DNA of 30,390 bases, from the IMG/VR virus record IMGVR_UViG_3300025653_000171, positions 1-30,390 of that record, one strand, 5' to 3'. The first letter of the stretch is position 1; every line of letters begins with the position of its first letter. This document shows positions 8,091-16,210 of the stretch, piece after piece. The notes beneath the pieces are model-generated. The model had not been told where the DNA came from. It saw only the letters and a list, made by a program, of their open reading frames with translations, and ran no database searches. Both the position numbers and the translations under genes were made by a program. The stretch comes from a virus. Taxonomy: Duplodnaviria; Caudoviricetes.

Positions 8091-9506
8091 TTATGAGAGT
8101 GCTACGGTTCCGCTTCTGACAGTCCCGTCGGAGCCTTTGAGTTTAAATGTGAGAGTTGTGTTGTTGGTCGCCTCAATGCAAAGGTCTCCGTTTGCGCTTG
8201 GCGTCAGGGAACTAGACGGACGAAGGAAGATGTCGCCCCAAGGCGCCGATGTCTCGCCTAAATCCATTCCCCCTGCCGCGCTGGGTTGAAGATTGGTATT
8301 TTTTAGAATCATTTTATCCGACCCACCCTGCCCGAAAATCAGACCGGTGTTGTCACTGTAGTCTAGAACCTTAACGGTGCCATTGGACCCCGCTCCGATC
8401 TGGATATTGCGCAAAGAACCCGTTCCCGCTGCCTCGGTGCTGATTTTCAGGAAATTCGTATCCCACCCGATGCTGAGACGCTCGTAGTTCGAGCCGTCGG
8501 TGTAGGTGTTGTAGAGCCTGGTCTCCTGCGGGTTCGTGCCGTTCCGCTGCTCCAAGATATTGGCTGACGGGCCATACAGTTTTGCATTTCCGAATGCCCC
8601 GCCGATGCCGAGTGTCGAGACAATATTAAGGGAAGAGAGGAGCGACGCACCTCCACCATAGAGCCGCACAGCATAACTGCCAGATCCGAGAACCTGGGCC
8701 GCTCCGCCTGCAGCGGTTAGGTCAATAATATTGTTACTGTAAATTCTGCCCGCTTCATTTCCAACCGCACCAATAACAGTTCCCGCCACATTAGGCACCA
8801 GCGCATTTCCTGCGCCTGCGCCCCAACCGGTGATGCCGCCGCCGGCCAAGTCGAGAATTTGAAGGGTGCCAGCCTTGTTGAAGGCCAGCGAAATCGTGTC
8901 AGCGTTGGTGTCGTGGTGAATCCCCCAATCATTGGCGTTCGGGTATTCGGTCAACGATGCCGGCGCCGCGCTCGATGTCTTTTGATTGGCGCGGCCGATA
9001 TAAATTCTGCCCGCTTCATTCCCAACCGCACCAATATCAGTCCCCGCAACATCAGGCACCAGCGCATTGCCTGCGCCTGCGCCCCAACCGGTGATTCCGC
9101 CGCCGTCGAAATCGAGAGCTTTGATTGAGCCGCCTCGATTCACCGTCAAATACAACTTATCAGCGCCACTGTCGTAGTGAATGCCGAAATCTTTATCCGT
9201 AGGGTATTCGGTCGTTGTGGGAGTCGTGGCGGTGGTGGTCTGTTGCCGAAGAACCCCGCTAAAGGCTACGCTCCCCGCCGCCAGGGTCGTAACTGAACCT
9301 GCGTGTTGAATGACTGTCTCTCCCCCAATCTGGATATATCCGTTCTTATCGACGCCGAACTTTTGAGATCCCCCTACAGATAGCCAAAATAAGAAGCTAT
9401 CTGATTGAGAAGCCGTATCTGTGACATCTAGCTTGATCCCACGATAGGAAATCCCTGCATCATCCCAGGTATCCGTGAGATTTGAAACCAAGACAGGAAG
9501 GCCCAT
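8091..9506 (-). CDS. Fibre/adhesin-like protein A with an internal 87-aa tandem repeat
   Basis: 471 aa, Gly-rich. TEYP...GIH.D...GGGITGWGAGAGNALVP.VAGT.IGAVGNEAGRIY occurs twice. Ends LTFKLKGSDGTVRSGTVALS. Confidence 0.8.
   Translation of the reverse strand: MGLPVLVSNLTDTWDDAGISYRGIKLDVTDTASQSDSFLFWLSVGGSQKFGVDKNGYIQIGGETVIQHAGSVTTLAAGSVAFSGVLRQQTTTATTPTTTEYPTDKDFGIHYDSGADKLYLTVNRGGSIKALDFDGGGITGWGAGAGNALVPDVAGTDIGAVGNEAGRIYIGRANQKTSSAAPASLTEYPNANDWGIHHDTNADTISLAFNKAGTLQILDLAGGGITGWGAGAGNALVPNVAGTVIGAVGNEAGRIYSNNIIDLTAAGGAAQVLGSGSYAVRLYGGGASLLSSLNIVSTLGIGGAFGNAKLYGPSANILEQRNGTNPQETRLYNTYTDGSNYERLSIGWDTNFLKISTEAAGTGSLRNIQIGAGSNGTVKVLDYSDNTGLIFGQGGSDKMILKNTNLQPSAAGGMDLGETSAPWGDIFLRPSSSLTPSANGDLCIEATNNTTLTFKLKGSDGTVRSGTVALS
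8740..9105 (-). repeat. Intragenic direct repeat with 261-nt period
   Basis: 8740-8844 vs 9001-9105: 7 mismatches in 105 nt by manual alignment. Confidence 0.9.
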
Positions 9507-9557
9507 GGATAAACTGTGTTCTTAGAGACTGCCGATGTCACTTGGCTGAAATGGTCG

Positions 9558-10946
9558 CTAAAAGAAGATCTCGGCCTCTTGCCGGAAGTCGGCCCTTGGA
9601 ACGGTGATCCCCTTCGCGCGGTCGGCGGTGATAACTCCGGGATCGAAGGACGTGGAACAGGCAATGCATCCCATGATCGCATCTCCGCGGTCAGGAGACG
9701 TCAGGCCCCGGGCTTTCATGTCTGGCTTGGACTCGGCCCACAGAAGCGCTTTGTCGTCTCCTCGCTTTACCTTGTAAGCGATGCGGCGGCTGGTCAGCTG
9801 ATCGAAGGCAGAAGGGTCGATGCCCTCGAAGTGGTAGAGATTGCGGCGGATCTCACGGGCGCCGGTGAACCATATCTCAGAGCCTCGATTGTAGTAGTGG
9901 GGATCATTGGCGGGGTCGCCGTTGTCCACTCGATTGATGGCCCAGCCGCGCTCTCGAAGGGCGTCAATCATCACATGACCGAGCCCCGAGTTGTCCCCGT
10001 AGATTTGGCCAGGAGAAAGACCGTGCTCCTCGAAGAGATGAATGAAGCGGTCGCACGCCTGCATCGTGTCGAAGTCATACCAAGCGTCAGCCAGGGTGAT
10101 TCGGTTGCCGTTCTTCACTGCCAGGACGTTCTCATCCCCGCCGGCGGCGAAGTCGCAGAAGGCAGTCTTCGCGCCCGCGAATGGGATGTTCTCGGGGGAG
10201 GCATCGAGGGCCTGGCGTAGATCGTCAGGGGAGAGGATGACTTCATTGCCGAGCGTCGTGAAATCGGCGTAGTGCATCGAGCGAACCAACGGCGAGTTCT
10301 TCCCGTAGCGCTCGCAGTCCTGCTCAAACTTCCCGGGAGTGGCTTTCTCGATGTGGGGGCAGTCCCAATAGGTAGCGCGGACCTGATAGAAGTAGTGCTT
10401 CTCCGAATGGAAGCAGCGGAAGAACTGTCCGGAGTCCGGGCCAGGGGAGGAAACGAAGAGCTGAAACTGCCTCGTGCACCGGTCCACTGCCTGGAAGGTT
10501 TCCTCGGGGACGTTCTTGGCCTCATCGACGATCCAGAAAACAGGATCGACTTCCGCCGAGACCTTCGGGTGCCAACCCTCTGCACGAAAGCCGTCGTCGG
10601 TGGAGAATCCGATGGCCTGGCCGCCTTCTAGGGTCCGGAGCTCCAGCTCGTTCCATGTCCAATCGGGGAAAAGCGGACGGAATCGCTTCAGTGCTGGCCA
10701 GAGCTGATGTTTGACCTGTCGGAAGGATCCTGAGGTGATCGGCACCCATCCACGAGGATAGCGGTTGAGAAACCACAGAATGAGCGGCGCCACGATCATC
10801 GTGGTTTTCCCTGATCCGTTGGCGGCTCGGACTGCCGTCCTGCGGCCCTGCCCTACAGCCTCAAGGGCCTCGATATTCCACTCATAGAGATCGAGCCCCA
10901 GACGCTTGAACGCAAACTGCGAGGGAGATAGTTGAGTGGGGATCAT
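9558..10946 (-). CDS. terL: Terminase large subunit
   Basis: Walker A AANGSGKT, Walker B WIVDEAK, nuclease motifs CDFAAGGDENV and SPDRGDA. Follows TerS with an ATGA overlap. Confidence 0.95.
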   Translation of the reverse strand: MIPTQLSPSQFAFKRLGLDLYEWNIEALEAVGQGRRTAVRAANGSGKTTMIVAPLILWFLNRYPRGWVPITSGSFRQVKHQLWPALKRFRPLFPDWTWNELELRTLEGGQAIGFSTDDGFRAEGWHPKVSAEVDPVFWIVDEAKNVPEETFQAVDRCTRQFQLFVSSPGPDSGQFFRCFHSEKHYFYQVRATYWDCPHIEKATPGKFEQDCERYGKNSPLVRSMHYADFTTLGNEVILSPDDLRQALDASPENIPFAGAKTAFCDFAAGGDENVLAVKNGNRITLADAWYDFDTMQACDRFIHLFEEHGLSPGQIYGDNSGLGHVMIDALRERGWAINRVDNGDPANDPHYYNRGSEIWFTGAREIRRNLYHFEGIDPSAFDQLTSRRIAYKVKRGDDKALLWAESKPDMKARGLTSPDRGDAIMGCIACSTSFDPGVITADRAKGITVPRADFRQEAEIFF

Positions 10947-11434
10947 CCCTCACTGTGCGTGATGCCATCTCCGTTTACCGGTTTCATTCCACGGTTCACC
11001 TTCTGAAACTTCCTCACGAAGTCGTCTTCTTCCTTTTTGGTTCGTTCCTCGACGTTCACGACGGTCGTTGTGTTGGAAACCATTTGCACGTCGGGCTTGG
11101 CGTAGACTTCGGGTTTTCGGGCCTTCAGCAGGAAGGTCAGAAGCCCGTCTGAGTATTCCTTGACGGTTCCGACTTTCTTCCCTCCCTGGTAGACGGGTTT
11201 ATCATTCCCCTCAACTGCGCGGCGGTAGGCTTCTCTTTCCATGGCTGGAATATCGCGAGCATCTCGCTGTGCCCTGTAAAGGGATCGCAATTCCGGATCC
11301 TTCTCGACATGCCGATAAAAAGTTGCCGGGTGGATTCCTTCTCTTTCAACCGCAACGTGAGTCCCTTGGCCGGCGTCGATGCGCGACAAAACGCGATCAA
11401 AGAGAGCGCGGCTGAATTTCTTCTTGGCTGGCAT
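10943..11434 (-). CDS. terS: Terminase small subunit
   Basis: N-terminal HTH plus EAYRRAVEG..KPVYQGG..VG...EYSDGLLTFLLKARKPEVY, a recognisable TerS motif. Immediately upstream of TerL. Confidence 0.85.
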   Translation of the reverse strand: MPAKKKFSRALFDRVLSRIDAGQGTHVAVEREGIHPATFYRHVEKDPELRSLYRAQRDARDIPAMEREAYRRAVEGNDKPVYQGGKKVGTVKEYSDGLLTFLLKARKPEVYAKPDVQMVSNTTTVVNVEERTKKEEDDFVRKFQKVNRGMKPVNGDGITHSEG

Positions 11435-11546
11435 TGGATTGTGTCTCCTCGCTTTCTTTGTTGGGCTTCGATTTCCCCGCCTTGCTGGCGGGTTTCTTGG
11501 TCTTCGTGTGAATGACCTTTCCGTCTTTGAGTGTGTAGTGTCCCAT
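11397..11546 (-). CDS. Small Lys-rich hypothetical protein (49 aa)
   Basis: Manual translation MGHYTLKDGKVIHTKTKKPASKAGK... after an A/C-rich leader. Overlaps the terS start. Confidence 0.45.
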   Translation of the reverse strand: MGHYTLKDGKVIHTKTKKPASKAGKSKPNKESEETQSNASQEEIQPRSL

Positions 11547-11655
11547 GGCGTTGTCGGTTGGTGGAAGGTGGCGCCCAGTTTGTAGGCTTGTAGTAGATTC
11601 CCGAGGAGTGGTTAAAATCCGTCTGAGGGAGAGATTCTTGGTGAGGGCGGGGGAT

Positions 11656-12537
11656 TCATGCGGCGTCCTCCTTCTGTTGTTCTCGCTCGCGCTCTTCTCT
11701 GGTTTTGAACCTGACTGCCTTTGGACCGAACACGGCGAGATCGCCCATCTCCTGTTTCAGGTGAGCTCGCTCCTCTTTGTTGAGCACTGAGAGCGAGATT
11801 TTGAGCCTCTCATTGAGTGATGGCTTTCTTCGGTTGCTGCCTTTGGCCGGTTGTTCTCTGGCGACGAGTTGAAGTGATTCGGCCTCAGCGCGGGAAACAT
11901 CTTGCTGGTCGATGAATGAGTTGAATCCGTAGGGAGGCCAGGGAGTGGAGAAGCCGCCGATTTCTGGGGAGTTCATGTAGCCGGCCCAATATTCGTAATC
12001 GCTTTTTAGCCTGACGTTTCCTTCTTCCATGACGTGCCGGGGCCGCTTGTCGATGGCGCCCGGGTTCCGCACGACCCTGGCGGCTGGGAAGGCTTCGAGA
12101 ACAACCGGCTCCATTCCTTGGCGCCATGATCCGTAGCCGTAAGAGGTGGCCACGTTCGTTCTGAAGATCAGTCGAAGGCGTGCTTCGCTGCGGATGTCGG
12201 TAATGTCGCCCTCGTTGACGATATCGGGGAGTCCCATTCGCTTGGTGTTGATCCCTTCCCGAATGGCGAGAGCTCGCATTTCCTCCACGAACTGAGCCAT
12301 GCCAGCGGCAGTCAGTTCACCATTCTCATCGCGGTTCCGCTCGAGGAAATTCAGGATGAAGACTTTGCCTCGCTTGAGGAAAAACTCATTCTCAACGCGG
12401 GAGGAGAAGAAGGCCCTTTCCCTGACATCGACGTCCTGGGCGGCCCACGTGGAAGAGTCCCACGGTCTACCTGTGGGGATTCTCTGCCGGAGCTTGTCTA
12501 GAGCTTCGGCGAATGGAACTGGCTCAGTGAGCGGCAC
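11656..12537 (-). CDS. Mu gpF-like head morphogenesis (minor head) protein
   Basis: RAFFSSRV, ARLRLIFRTNVATSYGYG, KRPRH and PWPPYGFN motifs of the Phage_Mu_F family. Confidence 0.85.
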   Translation of the reverse strand: MPLTEPVPFAEALDKLRQRIPTGRPWDSSTWAAQDVDVRERAFFSSRVENEFFLKRGKVFILNFLERNRDENGELTAAGMAQFVEEMRALAIREGINTKRMGLPDIVNEGDITDIRSEARLRLIFRTNVATSYGYGSWRQGMEPVVLEAFPAARVVRNPGAIDKRPRHVMEEGNVRLKSDYEYWAGYMNSPEIGGFSTPWPPYGFNSFIDQQDVSRAEAESLQLVAREQPAKGSNRRKPSLNERLKISLSVLNKEERAHLKQEMGDLAVFGPKAVRFKTREEREREQQKEDAA

Positions 12538-12542
12538 ATCCT

Positions 12543-12569
12543 AAAGAAACCGCCAAAATGGATGGCGGG
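12543..12569 (-). terminator. Intrinsic terminator before the head genes
   Basis: Minus strand CCGCCA-tccattt-TGGCGG-TTTCTTT, directly after the stop at 12578. Confidence 0.6.
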
Positions 12570-12577
12570 GAACCTCT

Positions 12578-13372
12578 CTAACTGGTCGCCTCCTCGAGGT
12601 ATTCTTGGAGCGCGGGCATGATGGGCGCGAATTCCTCTCGCATGTTCAGAGCGTCGATCTGCCTGATCACCCGGGAGATGATCGCTGTGGCGCTTGGCTT
12701 GCCCTCTGAGGGATCTTCCAGGGGAGCGGCGGGGACTTGTCCCTCTTCGGCCTTGTAAGCCTGCCATTTCTCGTGCGTGCGCTCGCAGAGGATAGGCTTT
12801 CCGTCTTTGCCTTTGATTCCCCAGAGCAGGCGATACCCAAAGTCCCGAAGACGGCGGGCCAGGGTGGGGTCGGTGGTTTCCATGGCGACTTCGATGCGGT
12901 CGCCAGTGACTTGGTGATCTCCGCAGACGGATCCGCGGAAAAGGTATCCGCCCGAGTATCGGCACATCTCGACATCCTCGACGGTGACATCGACGGTTGT
13001 CTTCTTTGCCTTGCCCGATCCAGCGAGGGAATGAGAGTCGAGAATGTTCCGCATGGAACGCCACTCCTCACGGTCGATCACCTCTCCTACTTCATCAAAA
13101 GTTTCACACTGTGAAAAATACGGTGAATTTGCCAGTGAGATGAAACGATGGGCGGAAGTCCGGTTGAGTCCCTTGGCGAGTTTGGCAGCGTCAAATTGCC
13201 CGTGACGACAGAGATGCTTCAGCGCGATGAGATCGCGGCCCGCCTGCACCGAGGCCCAAACTTGAGCCCTGAGCCCGCCTTCCCGAATCTCGGCGAGGTG
13301 ATTCTCCAGGCTCTGTTTAAGAGCTTCGGCCTGATTTTCGGATTGATCGACAGTGGCAGCCTGCACGACCAA
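12578..13372 (-). CDS. DUF3102-like phage protein
   Basis: QAGRDLIALKHLCRHGQF...GLNRTSAHRFISLA resembles DUF3102. Start is uncertain (TTG 13372 or GTG 13366, after GAGGT). Confidence 0.6.
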   Translation of the reverse strand: MVVQAATVDQSENQAEALKQSLENHLAEIREGGLRAQVWASVQAGRDLIALKHLCRHGQFDAAKLAKGLNRTSAHRFISLANSPYFSQCETFDEVGEVIDREEWRSMRNILDSHSLAGSGKAKKTTVDVTVEDVEMCRYSGGYLFRGSVCGDHQVTGDRIEVAMETTDPTLARRLRDFGYRLLWGIKGKDGKPILCERTHEKWQAYKAEEGQVPAAPLEDPSEGKPSATAIISRVIRQIDALNMREEFAPIMPALQEYLEEATS

Positions 13373-13421
13373 GACTCTACCTCATAAGGCAATGAGTGGG
13401 CAAGGTTTTTGTGTTTTGATA

Positions 13422-13461
13422 GAATCTGCGCCAATATGCGCGAATGTTATTCAATGTGCGC
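13422..13461. promoter_or_regulatory. Four head-to-tail 10-bp repeats (putative regulator binding array)
   Basis: GAATCTGCGC CAATATGCGC GAATGTTATT CAATGTGCGC, contiguous and intergenic. Confidence 0.65.
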
Positions 13462-13667
13462 TAGGCGCTTTCTTTACTGAGATGCTCGAGCAGGCTTTTT
13501 AGGTTCACCAGCCTCTGGCTGACTCTGCCGCTTGGCCCGGTCATCACGTAGGACGTGACCGGGGCATTCTCCCCCGTGATGAGTTTGAGGATAGCGTAGC
13601 GGGAAAGCCCGGAGTAGGGGCATCGCTCTTTCCTCCGCGGAAGTCGAACGTAGGCCGGATGGTTCAT
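13461..13667 (-). CDS. AlpA/Xis-like small DNA-binding protein
   Basis: 68 aa, VRLPRRKERCPYSGLSRYAILKLI...PVTS...RLVNLKSLLEHL, consistent with a winged-HTH pattern. Confidence 0.7.
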   Translation of the reverse strand: MNHPAYVRLPRRKERCPYSGLSRYAILKLITGENAPVTSYVMTGPSGRVSQRLVNLKSLLEHLSKESA

Positions 13668-13669
13668 GG

Positions 13670-14905
13670 CTATTCGAGGGCTGGGTCGGTCGTGACGACG
13701 GAGTAAACCCCTCGCTGGTCTCTCTGGCGGGAGTAAAATGCGAGCACCTTGCCGGAACCGCGAGAGAACTGAGCTCCGGACTCTTTCCGCCGAGGCACAT
13801 CATTTACGCAGACGGTGGTCTTGTTGAGATCGCCAACCGTGCCCGTCCGGTGGCTGATGTTCTGCAATGTCACCGAGGCGGCTGGGTTCTCGATCCTTAC
13901 GGTTTCCGACTTTGAGTCAGAGAATAGATTGGCCGCGAGATAGCAGTAGGCACCATCGATGCTGAGTCGGGAAGCGGTTCGGTCATCGGGGATGAGAACG
14001 CACGGTGCCGCGGAGTCTATTCCTCGGGGAGGATTGTGTTCGAGGTGTGCTTGGCTCAATCGTCCGCACGTCCGGGATGAGAGGATGATACAAGGCTGGC
14101 GGAAGACTGCCTGGCGCCCGTTCCAGTGATGCACGGTGAGGTTCCTGATGTCGAAATTGAGCCCATGGACATTCATCCCGATGGCATTGGGAAATTTGAC
14201 GTTCGGCGAGTGAATCCAGATCTTCTCGAAGACGACGGTGTTGACCTGCGGGAGGTGATTGGCGGGCGTTGGATCGTTGTGCTCGTGATGCTGTCTTGTT
14301 GGGCCGCCGATTCCGTAGCCGGAATAGTTGCTGACGCTCACATAGCGCACCGTGGAGCACTCTTGCAGTCCGCTTTCCCACATGATCCCAGATACAGGCC
14401 TTTGAGGCTTGAGCGGGCAGACGATCGCCACGTTCGATACTCCGCATTGAAACCCCTCGTCCGGGTTGGGCCCGAGTCGTTTCTTCTCGTAGCCGATCTC
14501 AACGACTGGCGTCGTGCCTTGCGGGAAATGCTCGGTCTTGATGTGGTGAGAGGTGTCGAATTCCCAATGCACTGAATCGCACCAAAGGCGGGATCCAAAC
14601 CCAATCCCGCTGTAACCTTGAAGGATAACCTTGCGGCCATCGCCTCGAATTGGCCGGCAGATGGGAATGTTGCCCTTCGGGAGTTTCAGCTCTCTGGGGA
14701 AGGTCACGCCATAGCCGTCGTTGGCCTGGATGGCTTCCTCGATGATTCTGCTGTTGTATTCGGCATCGTGTTTCCTGGCGATGCGCGGATCGACAAACGT
14801 GCGGACCGGCAAAACGTCGCTGGTCTGATGTCTCCGCATCCTCTCCTCAAAGAGAGAATCAAAGAATGCGGAGGTCGCTTTAAGATACTGCTCTGGAATG
14901 TTCAT
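13670..14905 (-). CDS. Pectate-lyase-like right-handed beta-helix protein
   Basis: 411 aa. DAEYNSRIIEEAI..NDGYGVTFP cap-like motif, VILQG, and periodic xIxNVxI-type strands (VSNVAI, VRYVSV, FEKIWI, IRNLTV, LQNIS). Confidence 0.6.
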   Translation of the reverse strand: MNIPEQYLKATSAFFDSLFEERMRRHQTSDVLPVRTFVDPRIARKHDAEYNSRIIEEAIQANDGYGVTFPRELKLPKGNIPICRPIRGDGRKVILQGYSGIGFGSRLWCDSVHWEFDTSHHIKTEHFPQGTTPVVEIGYEKKRLGPNPDEGFQCGVSNVAIVCPLKPQRPVSGIMWESGLQECSTVRYVSVSNYSGYGIGGPTRQHHEHNDPTPANHLPQVNTVVFEKIWIHSPNVKFPNAIGMNVHGLNFDIRNLTVHHWNGRQAVFRQPCIILSSRTCGRLSQAHLEHNPPRGIDSAAPCVLIPDDRTASRLSIDGAYCYLAANLFSDSKSETVRIENPAASVTLQNISHRTGTVGDLNKTTVCVNDVPRRKESGAQFSRGSGKVLAFYSRQRDQRGVYSVVTTDPALE

Positions 14906-15224
14906 GTTTTTTCTCTCGGAAATAGATTCTCTTCACGCGGTCCATTGCCTGCGCGTCGGTTAGTTGGTATTGATTCTTACAATACCAAAAAGAGGCCCTC
15001 ACTTGGTTGGCGGTTTTCTCGATTCCACGACAGGCGAACCAGACAGACCACTGCTCACATGTTTTCCCCAAAATCTTTTTGTAACGGTCCCGGGGATCGC
15101 CAGACAGTTTCTTCCCATTCTTCCACCGCCATCTCACGGTGTCGCGATGCAGCCCGTGGCGCCGCGCAAACTCCGACAGAGAGCATCCATATTCTTCAAA
15201 GAATGATCTATTCATGTAACTCAT
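14880..15224 (-). CDS. HTH-containing hypothetical protein
   Basis: SLSEFARRHGLHRDTVRWRWKNG is an HTH-like motif. Tiles the operon; start could be ATG 15215. Confidence 0.6.
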   Translation of the reverse strand: MSYMNRSFFEEYGCSLSEFARRHGLHRDTVRWRWKNGKKLSGDPRDRYKKILGKTCEQWSVWFACRGIEKTANQVRASFWYCKNQYQLTDAQAMDRVKRIYFREKKHEHSRAVS

Positions 15225-15228
15225 AGCT

Positions 15229-15507
15229 TTAATTTCCAGTTAGGTTTTCTTCGATTGAAGTCATGCATTGAAGTGCTGGCTCAAAGGCGGCCAGTATTTC
15301 TCTGCCTAACTTCGTGGGGATCATCTTGCACTTTGGGCCAGGGAGCCGGCGGAAGAATAGTTTCGCCTGGACGCTATCTTCCGCAGCCCGGATGGCGTTG
15401 CTGATCGTTGGTTGTGTTCGGTTGAGTTTGGCGGCTGCCTTTCTCACGCTGCCTAATTGGGCGACGACTGCGACCACGCAGAGCTGATTTGGCGCAAGAA
15501 TCCTCAT
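15229..15507 (-). CDS. Stand-alone LysR-type HTH (HTH_1) protein
   Basis: VAQLGSVRKAAAKLNRTQPTISNAIRAAEDSVQAKLFFR...PTKLG is the LysR wHTH signature. Only 92 aa. Confidence 0.85.
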   Translation of the reverse strand: MRILAPNQLCVVAVVAQLGSVRKAAAKLNRTQPTISNAIRAAEDSVQAKLFFRRLPGPKCKMIPTKLGREILAAFEPALQCMTSIEENLTGN

Positions 15508-16208
15508 GCCTTAATTCGGTAGAAGGTTTCCGGGATGAGGGATTCAGCGGCCTGGGTGGGATCAATGATCCACGTCCTCCCTTCCCGTTGCATGATCGCC
15601 GGTAGATGTTCGCCAAAGTCCATGGGGCCGACCTCGATGGCGAGCGCATACGGAAGGCCGATTGCCTGCTCAAGGAGCGCATTGGCGCCTAGTCTCACGC
15701 AGTCTTCCAAAACCTTCTGCGAGAGATACCAACCATTCGCACTCGACATGATGAGCGCATGCAGCACGCGCCTCCGGTTGCCGGTGAAATAGATTTGCTG
15801 CTGGCGAACCACGAGGGTCGATTCTCTGAGCCGGCGAGAAATTACCTCCCCTTCCTCGTTCTTCTCGATGTCGCAGATGGGCTCCATCGGTGGCACTCCA
15901 AGGTTCTCCATTCGGGCCTGATACCAAGCGAACGGGTAGCACTGGCTGCACGGTTCATAGCGAGGCTCCGGAGTGAGATGTCGGGCGGAGGTTGCTACGC
16001 TCCGGTCAATCAGCATTTCCCGAGTGTGCCCGCATCCTTTGCAACTGATAGCCATCGGAGCGCCACATTCAGCGATAATGTTGAGCGCTTCAGAGGTTCG
16101 TGGGCTCATCCGTTGATAGGCGCCCACGGTGACCTTTGGGAGATCGGTAAGCTGCTCGGAGACGCCCTCGAAGCCCTTGGGAGGCAATGGAAGTTCAAGC
16201 GTGCTCAT
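15504..16208 (-). CDS. Zn-finger protein resembling a degenerate DnaC/IstB helicase loader
   Basis: CKGC...CSQC...RMENLGVP, then IYFTGNRRR, LAIEVG, REGRTWII and FYRI in DnaC motif order, but with no GxxGxGKT. Confidence 0.45.
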   Translation of the reverse strand: MSTLELPLPPKGFEGVSEQLTDLPKVTVGAYQRMSPRTSEALNIIAECGAPMAISCKGCGHTREMLIDRSVATSARHLTPEPRYEPCSQCYPFAWYQARMENLGVPPMEPICDIEKNEEGEVISRRLRESTLVVRQQQIYFTGNRRRVLHALIMSSANGWYLSQKVLEDCVRLGANALLEQAIGLPYALAIEVGPMDFGEHLPAIMQREGRTWIIDPTQAAESLIPETFYRIKA

Positions 16209-16210
16209 GA

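Noticed and set aside
8740-9105. Possible DGR template/variable repeat pair
   Set aside because: Both copies are in frame within one gene, mismatches are not confined to adenines of one copy, and no reverse transcriptase is present in the window.
5851-9506. Invertible (Gin/shufflon-type) fibre switch
   Set aside because: Both cassettes are in the same orientation, each has its own start and full N-terminus, and I saw no flanking inverted crossover sites or adjacent invertase.
9516-10220. 234-aa plus-strand ORF and other ORFs overlapping terL
   Set aside because: Shadow or alternative-frame ORFs over a clear terminase gene.
13422-13461. Mini CRISPR array
   Set aside because: The repeats are 10 bp and contiguous, with no spacers and no cas genes.
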